26,241 nt of DNA from Candidatus Iainarchaeum sp. (GCA_028710695.1 JAQTTP010000010.1:1-26241); one strand, 5' to 3'; positions 1 to 8,962 are shown, counted from the stretch's first letter. Translations and numbers: made by a program. Notes: a model not told the origin generated them from the letters alone.

Positions 1-66
1 AAGCGATGCTGCAAGAAGTACAACTGCACTTAATTGCAAAAGTGTATCTACAATAATAGCGTCCAT
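1..66 (-). CDS. N-terminal fragment of a hydrophobic (membrane) protein, truncated by window edge
   Basis: Reverse complement of 1-66 reads MDAIIVDTLLQLSAVVLLAASL; AAGGAG Shine-Dalgarno just upstream; 31 bp after the disA stop on the same strand. Not in the ORF track because it is open at the edge. Confidence 0.6.
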   Translation of the reverse strand, partial: MDAIIVDTLLQLSAVVLLAASL

Positions 67-97
67 ATTCTCCTTTATTTATAAGGCTTATTTGTTT

Positions 98-1180
98 TTA
101 ATACTTGTTGTAAATCCTGTTCAGAACTATTTCATTCAACCTATTTAATCTGTCGATAATCATCTTTGTAGTTTTTACTGGAATTGCGGCATCAGATGCC
201 AAGTCTTCTGGCTTTGTAATCATTATTTCAAATAGATTATTCTTAGTTTCAACAACCTTTTCAATAATTGTTGAGGATAACTTTGGAATCTTTGACAATG
301 CCCTATATCCTCTTGGGGAGATTATTTCGTTCTTTTCTGTTTCATTATATCCAAGTAGGCTTAATAGCTCTTCTTTTGATGGCACTTCCGTAAGATTTAC
401 TAGGCTTTGTGTCATTTCTTCAAAGGTAATATCTCTTTTCTCTTTGTGGCAATAATCATAAATAATAAGTTCAAGTTCTCTGTCAAGGCCGTCAGTATAT
501 TCTGATAGCATGTCTTTTCTATCTTTACCTTCTTTCCCAAGTTCAATAATTGCTTTTTCTGCATTCCTTTTTTGAATTAGGGTTCCAATTATTTTTTGGA
601 TTATATTTGTTACATCTGTTAAGCTTACATTGTTTGTAAATTCATAATATGTTAATTCATTTAATGCAACTTCAATCTGAGTTCTAGTGTTATAAAGACT
701 CCTTAAGTTCTGATCAACGCTTGCCAAAACAAATTGTACTGGCTTTAACATGAATTCTTGTTCCTTGAAGAACAAGGTAATATTTTTTCTTCTTTTTGAA
801 ATTGCAACTACTGGCAGATTTGTTTGCTTTGCTGTCTGCTCCGCAGATCTGTGCCTAATTCCTGTTTGCTTTGAAGAAATATCTTTGTCTGGCATTAGAT
901 GGGCATTAGCATAGATTATTTGTTTTAAGTCATTACTTATTATAATTGCTCCATCCATCTTTGAAAGTTCGAATAAATTATTTGGAGTAAGTGGGACGTC
1001 TAAACGAAATCCACCCCTGATTATACATTCTAAAATTAAATTTCTGCCTACAACAATTAATGCACCGATGTCTCCTTTTAAAATTTCATCTAGTCCTGCC
1101 CTTAGAGGAGTCCCTGGCGAAACAAGTGGAATAATTTCATCAACGCTTTTGTATTCCTGCATTTTCTTTTCTTCTGTCAT
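98..1180 (-). CDS. disA: DisA-type diadenylate cyclase (c-di-AMP synthase) with C-terminal HhH-like region
   Basis: Full-length DisA architecture: DGAIIIS (DGA motif), GIRHRSAEQ (RHR motif), central linker and C-terminal PRGYRALSKIPKLSSTIIEKVVE segment. Start may be ATG 1180 or GTG 1189. Confidence 0.9.
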   Translation of the reverse strand: MTEEKKMQEYKSVDEIIPLVSPGTPLRAGLDEILKGDIGALIVVGRNLILECIIRGGFRLDVPLTPNNLFELSKMDGAIIISNDLKQIIYANAHLMPDKDISSKQTGIRHRSAEQTAKQTNLPVVAISKRRKNITLFFKEQEFMLKPVQFVLASVDQNLRSLYNTRTQIEVALNELTYYEFTNNVSLTDVTNIIQKIIGTLIQKRNAEKAIIELGKEGKDRKDMLSEYTDGLDRELELIIYDYCHKEKRDITFEEMTQSLVNLTEVPSKEELLSLLGYNETEKNEIISPRGYRALSKIPKLSSTIIEKVVETKNNLFEIMITKPEDLASDAAIPVKTTKMIIDRLNRLNEIVLNRIYNKY

Positions 1181-1199
1181 AAAAACCACTTGAGTTATG

Positions 1200-2045
1200 T
1201 TATTTCATGTTGTCTAACGGGCTTCTTACTTTTTTGAGCTCATCAGTTGTAACCTTTGTATAAATTTGAGTTGTAGATAAATTAGAATGTCCTAAAAGCT
1301 CTTGGATTTTTCTAATATTTTCCCCCGCATCTAACAAATGTGTTGCAAAAGAATGCCTTAAAGTATGAGGTGTTACTTTTTTATTAATCTTTGCCTTGTC
1401 TGCATAATTTTTTATCATCTTTTGAATTGTGTCCGAACTATAATTTGTTCCATTTTTTTTGCAGAAAACATATTCTGAATCCGTCTTCTTAAAAAACTTG
1501 GTTGCAAATACTTGGTACTCTATGAGCCATTTTTTAGACACAATTACAATTCTATCTTTATTGCCTTTTCCACCAGTAATCCGGATTATTGCCTCGCTGA
1601 AGTCTATTGAATTTTTTTTTAGATTGCAAAGTTCTGAGACTCTAAGGCCAGAGCTATAAAGTAGTTCTAATATGAGCTTGTCTTTTTTGTCTTCTATAAC
1701 CTCAAAAAGTCTTTTTACTTCGTCTTTTGTCAAAACGGTTGGAAGATACTTTTCCTTTTTTGGAGTTCTGATATTTTCCATTAGATGTAGCTTTTTGTAG
1801 TTATCAAAATAGTATTTTATACTGGCATAAATTGCATTAAGGGAGGTATTTCTTATTCCCGCATCTTTTTTATGTGAAAGGTAGGATGTAATATCCTCTG
1901 TAGTTATTGTATTAAGATCTTTGTTTATGAACTTAAGGAGGTCATTGAGATACAACAAGTATTGGCTTTGGGTTTTGTCGCTATAACCAGAAATGTTTAG
2001 ATGGTTTTTGTAGTTAGCTATTTCAGCAGAGTTATTAGAATCCAT
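1200..2045 (-). CDS. xerA: XerA/XerC/D-like tyrosine recombinase
   Basis: SAM-like N-terminal core-binding domain; catalytic segments GLRVSELCNL, HTLRHSFATHLLDAGENIRKIQELLGHSNLSTTQIYTKV. Confidence 0.92.
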   Translation of the reverse strand: MDSNNSAEIANYKNHLNISGYSDKTQSQYLLYLNDLLKFINKDLNTITTEDITSYLSHKKDAGIRNTSLNAIYASIKYYFDNYKKLHLMENIRTPKKEKYLPTVLTKDEVKRLFEVIEDKKDKLILELLYSSGLRVSELCNLKKNSIDFSEAIIRITGGKGNKDRIVIVSKKWLIEYQVFATKFFKKTDSEYVFCKKNGTNYSSDTIQKMIKNYADKAKINKKVTPHTLRHSFATHLLDAGENIRKIQELLGHSNLSTTQIYTKVTTDELKKVRSPLDNMK

Positions 2046-2119
2046 ATATTATAGATACGTTTTCGATATATTAATGTTTCCAAAAATCGGCCTAACTTGT
2101 TGATGTATACATAACAAGA

Positions 2120-2644
2120 TTATTCAGAAAGCCAAGCAATTATTCCTTGGATCCGCAATGCTCTTTCTGGATTAGTCCTTAATATCCTTGTACCATACTC
2201 ATCCAAGGTCTTAAGAATTTGTTCTTTAGTTTTTGATCTATGGAATTGAAATTCAACTCTTTTAAATATTTCCCAGCAATCCCTATCTGAAAGAATAGCT
2301 GTTAATGATTCCATATGTTCTCTTTCAGAATCCATTAATCTCATTAAATTTCTCGAATGTTCATCCTCAGATTCCCTGAGGTCTTTATGATATTCTGGAT
2401 CTTGAAATTGTGGATTTCTCTTTTGAGTTAATACTGACAGTAAGGTATTAATCGTCTTGCTTCTATCATCTAGTATCTGGTCTCTTTTGGCTTGTCTTAA
2501 TGCTCTTTCCCTTTGCGCCCTTTCTACTAAAAATCTTATGTCTTTTGTCCTTCTTTCTTCACGCTCACGGGCAAACTTAAATAGTGGTAGATCATCAACA
2601 CCCTTGTTTCCTTTTTTTCGTTCAGGAGGTTTTCTTTCAGCCAT
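2120..2644 (-). CDS. Hypothetical highly charged protein
   Basis: 174-aa uninterrupted ORF in line with neighbouring genes; Arg/Lys/Glu-rich, no recognised motif. Confidence 0.6.
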   Translation of the reverse strand: MAERKPPERKKGNKGVDDLPLFKFAREREERRTKDIRFLVERAQRERALRQAKRDQILDDRSKTINTLLSVLTQKRNPQFQDPEYHKDLRESEDEHSRNLMRLMDSEREHMESLTAILSDRDCWEIFKRVEFQFHRSKTKEQILKTLDEYGTRILRTNPERALRIQGIIAWLSE

Positions 2645-2891
2645 ATTTTATATTTGGTTTCAAATTTTAAATACCTTGCTGTTTTATACATAATAGCAAA
2701 AGGTAACTAGTAATTGGGGTCTAAAAAATCAAGAATCGGCATAATGTACCTTATGCCGCAAATCAGCGAAGGAAATTAAGGTGCGGATGCTTTGTCAATA
2801 GAAAAAGAGTATAAAAAATCAAAAATATGCAAATACTGTAAAGTTATGTAGAATGTGTTACTGGTTTGGTGGTGTTGGGTTTGAAGAGTAG

Positions 2892-3248
2892 TTATCTTAC
2901 TACTCTAATTACCATATCCTTTTTGTATTCTTTTTGTACGAACTTATAATCGCCGTAATGCTCGTAAATTATTAGTCTTGCAGGGTAGTCCCTTGCAGTA
3001 GTTGTTGGCTTAGTAAAAATTTGGAAATAAAATGTTTTTGACTCGCCCGGAGCCATTTCCCCTATAGTTCTTTCTAATTTATTGTTCATTCCTGTACTTT
3101 CAACAGCCAAATCCTTAGCAACCATAAAAGCCAAAGTTAAAAGTTTCTTTTCCTCATCTTTATTCTCTAAAATAAGTTTCAATTCTTGTGGTTTTTTTGT
3201 TCCAAGTTTTATGTTAAATGGTATCAAAACACTTTTTATTGCTAACAT
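2892..3248 (-). CDS. Hypothetical protein, possibly a beta-sandwich/Ig-like domain
   Basis: 118-aa ORF; alternating hydrophobic strands and a GEMAPGESKTFYFQIF segment resembling CARDB/Ig-like domains. Fold is inference. Confidence 0.6.
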   Translation of the reverse strand: MLAIKSVLIPFNIKLGTKKPQELKLILENKDEEKKLLTLAFMVAKDLAVESTGMNNKLERTIGEMAPGESKTFYFQIFTKPTTTARDYPARLIIYEHYGDYKFVQKEYKKDMVIRVVR

Positions 3249-3310
3249 TAATCATCACCCTTTAAATCAATCCTTCACTTTATAACTCTTATAATATACA
3301 CAGTAATGTA

Positions 3311-3317
3311 ATATATA
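3311..3317 (+). promoter_or_regulatory. TATA box for dtdA, leaderless architecture
   Basis: GTAATATATATTC centred about 26 nt upstream of ATG 3340; almost no room for a 5' UTR. Confidence 0.5.
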
Positions 3318-3339
3318 TTCTTATCATATAAAATAGTTT

Positions 3340-4176
3340 ATGCTTAAAAAGTTTTTCATTTTTTCAAAAGAAGATTGTTTTAGCGAGAGAGTATTCAATG
3401 AGTTAAAAAATGAATTCACGCCAGAGCTAGAATTAGTTGAAAAAAGCAAAGATTATTCACTATTTTCTCTAAATAATAGTACAGAATTTATTTATTTTGA
3501 TGAAATGCATCTTAATTTGGACTCTTCCAAGCACAAAATTCTAAATCAAGAAAATGCAGTTTATTTTTTTATTTCTAAGCACAAATCAAAGGACGGGCCA
3601 GGATATTTTACAGTTCACTTTACTGGTTGCTATCTAAAAGCAGATTTTGGAGGTAAAGACAATACTCTATCTCTTGCACTTTCTGAGCTCAAAGATCTAT
3701 TCTTTGAAAACTATAACAAAAACATAAAACACTTTATGGAAGTTACTCACCATGGCCCGCTTTTTTTGAGACCACACATGTATATTGAAGTTGGACCAGA
3801 TGATGCAAGTTGGGCTAATCCTGATTTGCTTAAAGCATATATATCTTGGATCAAGCCTCTATTTACTAAAGAATTAGAGTTACAAAATAAGCAGGGGGCA
3901 GTTCTAATTGGTGGCTCACATTACTTTGATTTTGAAGAAATAAAAAAGATAGAAGAAAAGGCAAAAGCAGGCATAGGGCACATAATTCCAAAATATATTT
4001 TGACTCAAATGGAAGACAATGGCCTGCTGAAGAAAACAATTCAAGAAGCAATAACAAAGACTCTAAACTGTAAGAAAATAGTAATAAATAAGAGTTATGT
4101 AGCAAAGTACTCTGCTTTGCTAGCCGTAGTCTCAGAAATAAATAAAGATGGGCGGTACGAAATAATAACTTTATAG
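3340..4176 (+). CDS. dtdA: D-aminoacyl-tRNA deacylase, archaeal DTD2/GEK1 family
   Basis: Signature motifs VTHHGPLFLRPHMYIEVG and GAVLIGGSHYF; family length. Confidence 0.88.
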   Translation: MLKKFFIFSKEDCFSERVFNELKNEFTPELELVEKSKDYSLFSLNNSTEFIYFDEMHLNLDSSKHKILNQENAVYFFISKHKSKDGPGYFTVHFTGCYLKADFGGKDNTLSLALSELKDLFFENYNKNIKHFMEVTHHGPLFLRPHMYIEVGPDDASWANPDLLKAYISWIKPLFTKELELQNKQGAVLIGGSHYFDFEEIKKIEEKAKAGIGHIIPKYILTQMEDNGLLKKTIQEAITKTLNCKKIVINKSYVAKYSALLAVVSEINKDGRYEIITL

Positions 4177-4773
4177 TTTTGTAGCCTGAAGATAATCATC
4201 TTTGTAATTTATCTCATATTCTCTTATATTTTGTCCAAGATCTTGGCGTATTATCTCTTTGAATCCATTAGTTGTTTCTTTTAAAATATTATCTGCAAAG
4301 ATTATTGCCCCGGAATTAAGATTTTTATTAAATCCCTTGTAGTATACGGTATATTGGCTTTTGTTTGCATCCATAAATATGAAGTCAATTTTTTCTGCAT
4401 AAGATTCCATTGAGTTGAGGATATTAGCATTAATTATTTTACAATACTTTGATAAACTTGCTTTATCTAAATTAGATTTTGCAATCTCACATTTTTCTTG
4501 CATTACTTCAATTGATTCTACAAAAGCTTTTACTTTCTTGGCCGCATCTACTAAAAAGAGAGTACTATAACCTACGGAGGTACCGAGCTCTAATATCTTT
4601 TTAGGTTTTAATTGAATAATAAGATTATGTAGAAGAAGCCCTTTTTCAAAAGAAATTCTCCAAAGCTTTATTACTTCTTTTCGGCCTTTACTTTGGATGT
4701 AAAAACGCTCTCCTTTTTTCTCAATTTCTTTAAGTACAAGGGTGGTTTTCTTGTCAAGTTTATCTGTTTGCAT
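4171..4773 (-). CDS. Class I SAM-dependent O-methyltransferase (family 3/CCoAOMT-like)
   Basis: ILELGTSVGYSTLFL SAM motif I, IDFIFMDANKSQY motif, GAIIFADNIL. Converges with dtdA with a 6-bp 3' overlap. Confidence 0.85.
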   Translation of the reverse strand: MQTDKLDKKTTLVLKEIEKKGERFYIQSKGRKEVIKLWRISFEKGLLLHNLIIQLKPKKILELGTSVGYSTLFLVDAAKKVKAFVESIEVMQEKCEIAKSNLDKASLSKYCKIINANILNSMESYAEKIDFIFMDANKSQYTVYYKGFNKNLNSGAIIFADNILKETTNGFKEIIRQDLGQNIREYEINYKDDYLQATKL

Positions 4774-4793
4774 GTTTGTCCACCTATTTTGCT

Positions 4794-6062
4794 TTATTCA
4801 GTTCTAGAACCCACATCCAAAGCTTTGGGGGCAGTCATTTCCCTAATTATGTCCTCTTTCTTTGAGTATTTTCCAAGAATGTATTTTGCTTTCATAACTG
4901 CTGCCTCAGTAGTCATATCTTCCAGCCCAATAACACCTGCATCTTTGATCTGCCTCAGCCTAGAATAAACATTTTGATTAACCCGTCCGTAAATAGTCTG
5001 GGTTGTCATAAAGAAAAGCACATCTTTAGCTTTTGTAATTTGAGGTATAAAGTCACCAGACACATGCCCTAATCCTGTGCCTTCAAGAATGATTACTTTA
5101 TATCCTTCTTTCTTTAAATAATCAATTATCTTTGGGTCTTGGCTTGGAAAAAATTTTAACAAGTAAACATCATTACTTAGTTTCCCTGGCTTCTCTAATT
5201 TTCCAGAAGAAATCAATTTATAAGAATCGGAAAATTTAACTTTTGCTTTTGATATATCTCTTAAATCAAAAACAACTTTTGCAACGGGTTCAATATTTAT
5301 TGATCTGAAAGCATCTCTTCTTGAACTATGCATTTTTCTTGCTCTGGTACCTGCAATTATATCTATTTCTGTGTCGCCCGAGGATGAGTGCATAGATACA
5401 AACACACCACCCTTTTTACTTTCAGTTATGAACTTAACTGCGCCAAGTAAGTTGTAAGTTGTATCTGCAGAAGGCCTATCACTAGATCTCTGAGAGCCCA
5501 CAACAACAACTGGGATATTAACCCCCTCCAACATATAACTTAAAACTGCTGAAGTATAATGTAATACATCAGTTCCGTGTGTCAAAATAATTCCATCATA
5601 ATCTTTATGTTTTGTGTAAATTAACTGTGCAACCTCTTCCCAATTTTTATTCTTTAAATCTTCACTCATTATCTGTCCATAAGTATGAGTTTCAATATTA
5701 GCCAGAGTTTTTAATTCCGGAATAAGATTCAGAAGATCTTCTGAAGAAAATTTAGCGCTTACCGCACCAGTGTTATAATCGATCTTTGATGCTATAGTTC
5801 CACCAATCGTGCAAATCAAAATTTTCTTTTTGCTACTATCTTGTTTGACTATTTTTTCCTTAACTATCTCTACTTGTTCTATTTTTTCCTTTACTTCTTT
5901 TATAGAGATTATATTTTCTTTAAGTATTCCCACATTATATCCACTTTTTTGCTTTATGATATATACTTTTTCTGTAGAGGATGGCAATACAACCCCTCTA
6001 ATTTTGTCTTCTTTTAAAGCATTTTTAAAATCAATTTCTACAGTCTTCCCAATGTAATTCAT
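4794..6062 (-). CDS. gatD: Glutamyl-tRNA(Gln) amidotransferase subunit D
   Basis: AnPRT-like N-terminus, then asparaginase domain ICTIGGTIASKIDYNTGAV, ILTHGTDVLHYTS, VVVVGSQRSSDRPSAD. Start at ATG 6062 preferred (GGTGAG SD) over track start 6083. Confidence 0.93.
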   Translation of the reverse strand: MNYIGKTVEIDFKNALKEDKIRGVVLPSSTEKVYIIKQKSGYNVGILKENIISIKEVKEKIEQVEIVKEKIVKQDSSKKKILICTIGGTIASKIDYNTGAVSAKFSSEDLLNLIPELKTLANIETHTYGQIMSEDLKNKNWEEVAQLIYTKHKDYDGIILTHGTDVLHYTSAVLSYMLEGVNIPVVVVGSQRSSDRPSADTTYNLLGAVKFITESKKGGVFVSMHSSSGDTEIDIIAGTRARKMHSSRRDAFRSINIEPVAKVVFDLRDISKAKVKFSDSYKLISSGKLEKPGKLSNDVYLLKFFPSQDPKIIDYLKKEGYKVIILEGTGLGHVSGDFIPQITKAKDVLFFMTTQTIYGRVNQNVYSRLRQIKDAGVIGLEDMTTEAAVMKAKYILGKYSKKEDIIREMTAPKALDVGSRTE

Positions 6063-6139
6063 TATCTCACCGTTATAAAGCACAAATAAGTAAGTTATAT
6101 ATAGAATGTATTTGTTATATTTATTAATAGGTGTTGTTG

Positions 6140-6460
6140 ATGGATAAAGAGCTCATTCTTCGGTGTAAAAAGTATTTAGCGCTTTCAAAAAAGGCATTAA
6201 AACTTGCAAAGATTTCTGTTGCAAAAACAGGATCTCTGTACAAGGTTGCAGAGGACTTTCAGAATATGGCAAAGAACTATATCTCTGATGGAGAATACCA
6301 ACTTAAAATTGGAAACTATGATATTGCTTTAGCATCCTTTTCCTATGCTCACGCGTGGCTTGATGCCGGTGCAAGGCTGGGAATTTTTGAAGTTAACGGC
6401 AACACTAAACTCTTTACTCTCTATAGAGAGGTTACCGGGCGAGGGAGTGTGAAAAAATGA
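6140..6460 (+). CDS. DUF357 domain protein
   Basis: Helical protein with MAKNYISDGEYQLKIGNYDIALASFSYAHAWLDAGARLGIF, typical of DUF357. ATG 6140 preceded by AGGTG. Confidence 0.8.
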   Translation: MDKELILRCKKYLALSKKALKLAKISVAKTGSLYKVAEDFQNMAKNYISDGEYQLKIGNYDIALASFSYAHAWLDAGARLGIFEVNGNTKLFTLYREVTGRGSVKK

Positions 6461-8847
6461 ATAAACTCTTTATTTTCTGTTTAATGTCCTTATTATTTGT
6501 ATCTGTAATCTATGCTGAACCAATAACAACTGGAAGCATTGACTTGTTTGCTGTTAGTGATGATGGCCAAGGAATATCTGCAAGTCTAACTCTTGATTTA
6601 GTAGCCGGTGATGGCCAAATCTGGTCAAAAATTACCTCCCTCATAGGAATTAGTACCCAAAATACAGAAAAAACTGTTGTACAACTCTCAAAAAATTATG
6701 TTGATTTTGTAGACACCTATGACTACAAATACGAGATTGTAAGTGATGCAAAAATTGTGGACGGCCCAAGTGCTGGTCTACCAATGGGTTTGTTGACAGT
6801 AAGCATGCTTCAAGGAATTGAATTGCCAGAATACATTTCCGCAACAGGAACAATTTCATCTCAAGGCCTTATTGGGGCAATTGGGGGTGTTTTAGAAAAA
6901 ACAAAAGTGGCTCATGAAAAAGGCATTAAATTATTCTTTGTGCCAGCATCTAACTTAGATGTAGTAGTAAAAGATGATGGTGTAAAGAAAGTAAACCTTA
7001 GTACTTATGCTTATGAAAAATATGGAATAAAAGTAATCGGGGTTGAAACCTTAGATGAGGCCTTAGAATATCTGAAGACACCAATCGAAGACATAAATAT
7101 AGATATGAGTGACAGTAAAGAAATGGTAATTTACAATCCGCCCCCAACCCAGTACCAAGAAAACATGGCAGGATTTGCGGACTTTGTCAGCTCTTATGCT
7201 CTAACCCTAAAATCTAATATAGACAATTCAAAGGTATTGATGAATAACACTTTATTAGACCAAGATGTAACAAACACAATGCTTGAGCTTGTTGTTTATT
7301 CTGAAAAACTTTATGATGATGGACAATCTGCAAAAGACGGAAACTATCTTTACTCTGCAGCAAATTATTTCTTTTTATCAAATATTTATGCTAACTTAGT
7401 AATAGATGTTTGTAATGATCCATCTCTATTGACAATAAACTCTAAAACCTTTAATGAAAACGTAAATATTCTTAAAGAAAATCTGAACATTTTAGAAGAA
7501 AAATTAAATTACTTGCCTTATGATGGTTTTGAATGGTTTGTTGCTGCTCAAGAGCGTTACCTTTGGGCAAAGAACTATGTCTCACAATTAGACGCCGTAG
7601 CAGTTGTAATTAACAACCAGGTAAAAACAGTGGCTATGGACAAACTAGAAAAATATGAATATGCAAAAGAATGGGTTATGGTTGCTGATGGGTTTTTGAG
7701 TAATATTGACAAAAACACAACTTATGTTTCTGTAAAAGATTATGCTGATTCAGCATATACCACCTTACAAGAAATTGGGAAATCAGAAGAAGCAATAAAC
7801 AAGTATGAATTACAGGACCTAGATAGAAGGATCTTTGGTGCAAAAGAATCTTATAACAAAGGTTGGTACCTAACCTCCCTTTATGAATCCGCAACAGTTT
7901 TGGGCATAGTAAACGCAAATATTCTAATGGAAAATAAAAGCTACCCAGAACTAGAGCCAATAGTTGTAGAAAAAATACAAGCTCTTGAAACAAAAATGAA
8001 AGATTCTAATATTCAATATGTTTGGTCAGAGCTTTATCTTAACCACTCAAAATACTTCTTAAACGAAGCAAAGTTTTACAAAGGACAGAATAACATTATT
8101 TATGCTTTAAATAGCTTAGCAAGTTCATTAGAATTGCTTTATTTAGCAGACAATCTTTACTCCGCATCAAGCAACTTCTACGACAACAGAGAAACATTAG
8201 AAAAAGTTGTTGCTCCGGAAGACACAAAGGACGCAAATAAAGGAACAGTTACTGCAAAAACAAATATGGACTTTGGATTTTTGTATATCGTTGCAGTTAT
8301 TATTGCTTTATTCATACTTTCAATAATAGTAATTTATTTTATTGCAAAAATAAAAGCAAAAACCGAAAATAAAGTCTTCAGAGATGCAAATAAAGAAATA
8401 ACTGCTGCAAAGAATTACTTACTTGATTTAGATAAAAAATATCTTGCTGGCAAGGTAGAAGATAGTGAATATATATTATTAAGAAAAGACTACAACAAGA
8501 AGTTGATCTGCTTAGAAAAGCAAAGAAAAACAATTGTAGACAACTTAGAAGATCTGTCATATTTAGAAAGTCAGCTAAAGTATTTACAGAACAAGCTTTC
8601 AAGAACAATCTCTTTCTATACTAAGAACCTGATTTCAGAAGAAGAATACAACCGCCTTGTTAAGGACTACAAAGAAGAAATAACAAGCATAAAGTACAAT
8701 ATAGAAGCAGATAAGAAGAAGCTCTCAAAGATAGAATCTGGAGACGAACCTTGTACTGATAAACCAGCAAAGATTGAACCCAGTCTACTTACTAAAAAGC
8801 AAGTAGTAAAAAAACCAAAAGAGAAAAAGCAAAAGACAAAAAAATAA
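6457..8847 (+). CDS. Secreted/membrane-anchored archaeal Lon-like serine protease (S16-type domain, COG1750-like)
   Basis: Signal peptide; IVDGPSAGLPMGLLTVSML (catalytic Ser region) and KVAHEKGIKLFFVPASN (catalytic Lys region); C-terminal TM helix LYIVAVIIALFILSIIVIYFI and coiled coil. 4-bp overlap with the DUF357 gene. Confidence 0.85.
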   Translation: MNKLFIFCLMSLLFVSVIYAEPITTGSIDLFAVSDDGQGISASLTLDLVAGDGQIWSKITSLIGISTQNTEKTVVQLSKNYVDFVDTYDYKYEIVSDAKIVDGPSAGLPMGLLTVSMLQGIELPEYISATGTISSQGLIGAIGGVLEKTKVAHEKGIKLFFVPASNLDVVVKDDGVKKVNLSTYAYEKYGIKVIGVETLDEALEYLKTPIEDINIDMSDSKEMVIYNPPPTQYQENMAGFADFVSSYALTLKSNIDNSKVLMNNTLLDQDVTNTMLELVVYSEKLYDDGQSAKDGNYLYSAANYFFLSNIYANLVIDVCNDPSLLTINSKTFNENVNILKENLNILEEKLNYLPYDGFEWFVAAQERYLWAKNYVSQLDAVAVVINNQVKTVAMDKLEKYEYAKEWVMVADGFLSNIDKNTTYVSVKDYADSAYTTLQEIGKSEEAINKYELQDLDRRIFGAKESYNKGWYLTSLYESATVLGIVNANILMENKSYPELEPIVVEKIQALETKMKDSNIQYVWSELYLNHSKYFLNEAKFYKGQNNIIYALNSLASSLELLYLADNLYSASSNFYDNRETLEKVVAPEDTKDANKGTVTAKTNMDFGFLYIVAVIIALFILSIIVIYFIAKIKAKTENKVFRDANKEITAAKNYLLDLDKKYLAGKVEDSEYILLRKDYNKKLICLEKQRKTIVDNLEDLSYLESQLKYLQNKLSRTISFYTKNLISEEEYNRLVKDYKEEITSIKYNIEADKKKLSKIESGDEPCTDKPAKIEPSLLTKKQVVKKPKEKKQKTKK

Positions 8848-8962
8848 AGCCTGAAAAAGGCTGACAGAAAGAGTCAGGGATCTGCAAGCAGTTTAACTCT
8901 TTCGAACCAACCTATTCCATTCCAGTTCTTTGATATTTTTCTAAAGAGGGGAAGTCTCTTTA
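8848..8962. other. Hairpin-rich convergent intergenic segment; bidirectional terminator or small structured RNA candidate
   Basis: AGCC/GGCT 8848-8851/8859-8862; CTGAC/GTCAG 8861-8865/8873-8877; alternative GAAAGAGT/ACTCTTTC 8867-8874/8896-8903; CTGC/GCAG 8882-8885/8888-8891; TAAAGAG/CTCTTTA 8942-8948/8956-8962. Confidence 0.4.

Noticed and set aside
1459-1659. 66-aa plus-strand ORF inside xer
   Set aside because: Antisense to a well-supported recombinase gene, no recognisable motif.
1200-2045. Calling the tyrosine recombinase a mobile-element integrase
   Set aside because: No att duplication, tRNA target or phage/plasmid genes nearby; motifs fit a chromosomal XerA-type protein better.
2457-2693. 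78-aa plus-strand ORF
   Set aside because: Antisense to the 2120..2644 ORF; Ser/Leu/Phe-rich composition typical of the opposite strand of charged coding sequence.
3866-4105. 79-aa minus-strand ORF
   Set aside because: Antisense to dtdA with Leu/Ser-rich shadow composition.
7676-8608. Minus-strand ORFs inside the Lon-like protease
   Set aside because: Leu/Phe/Gln-rich antisense shadows of an AT-rich helical coding region.
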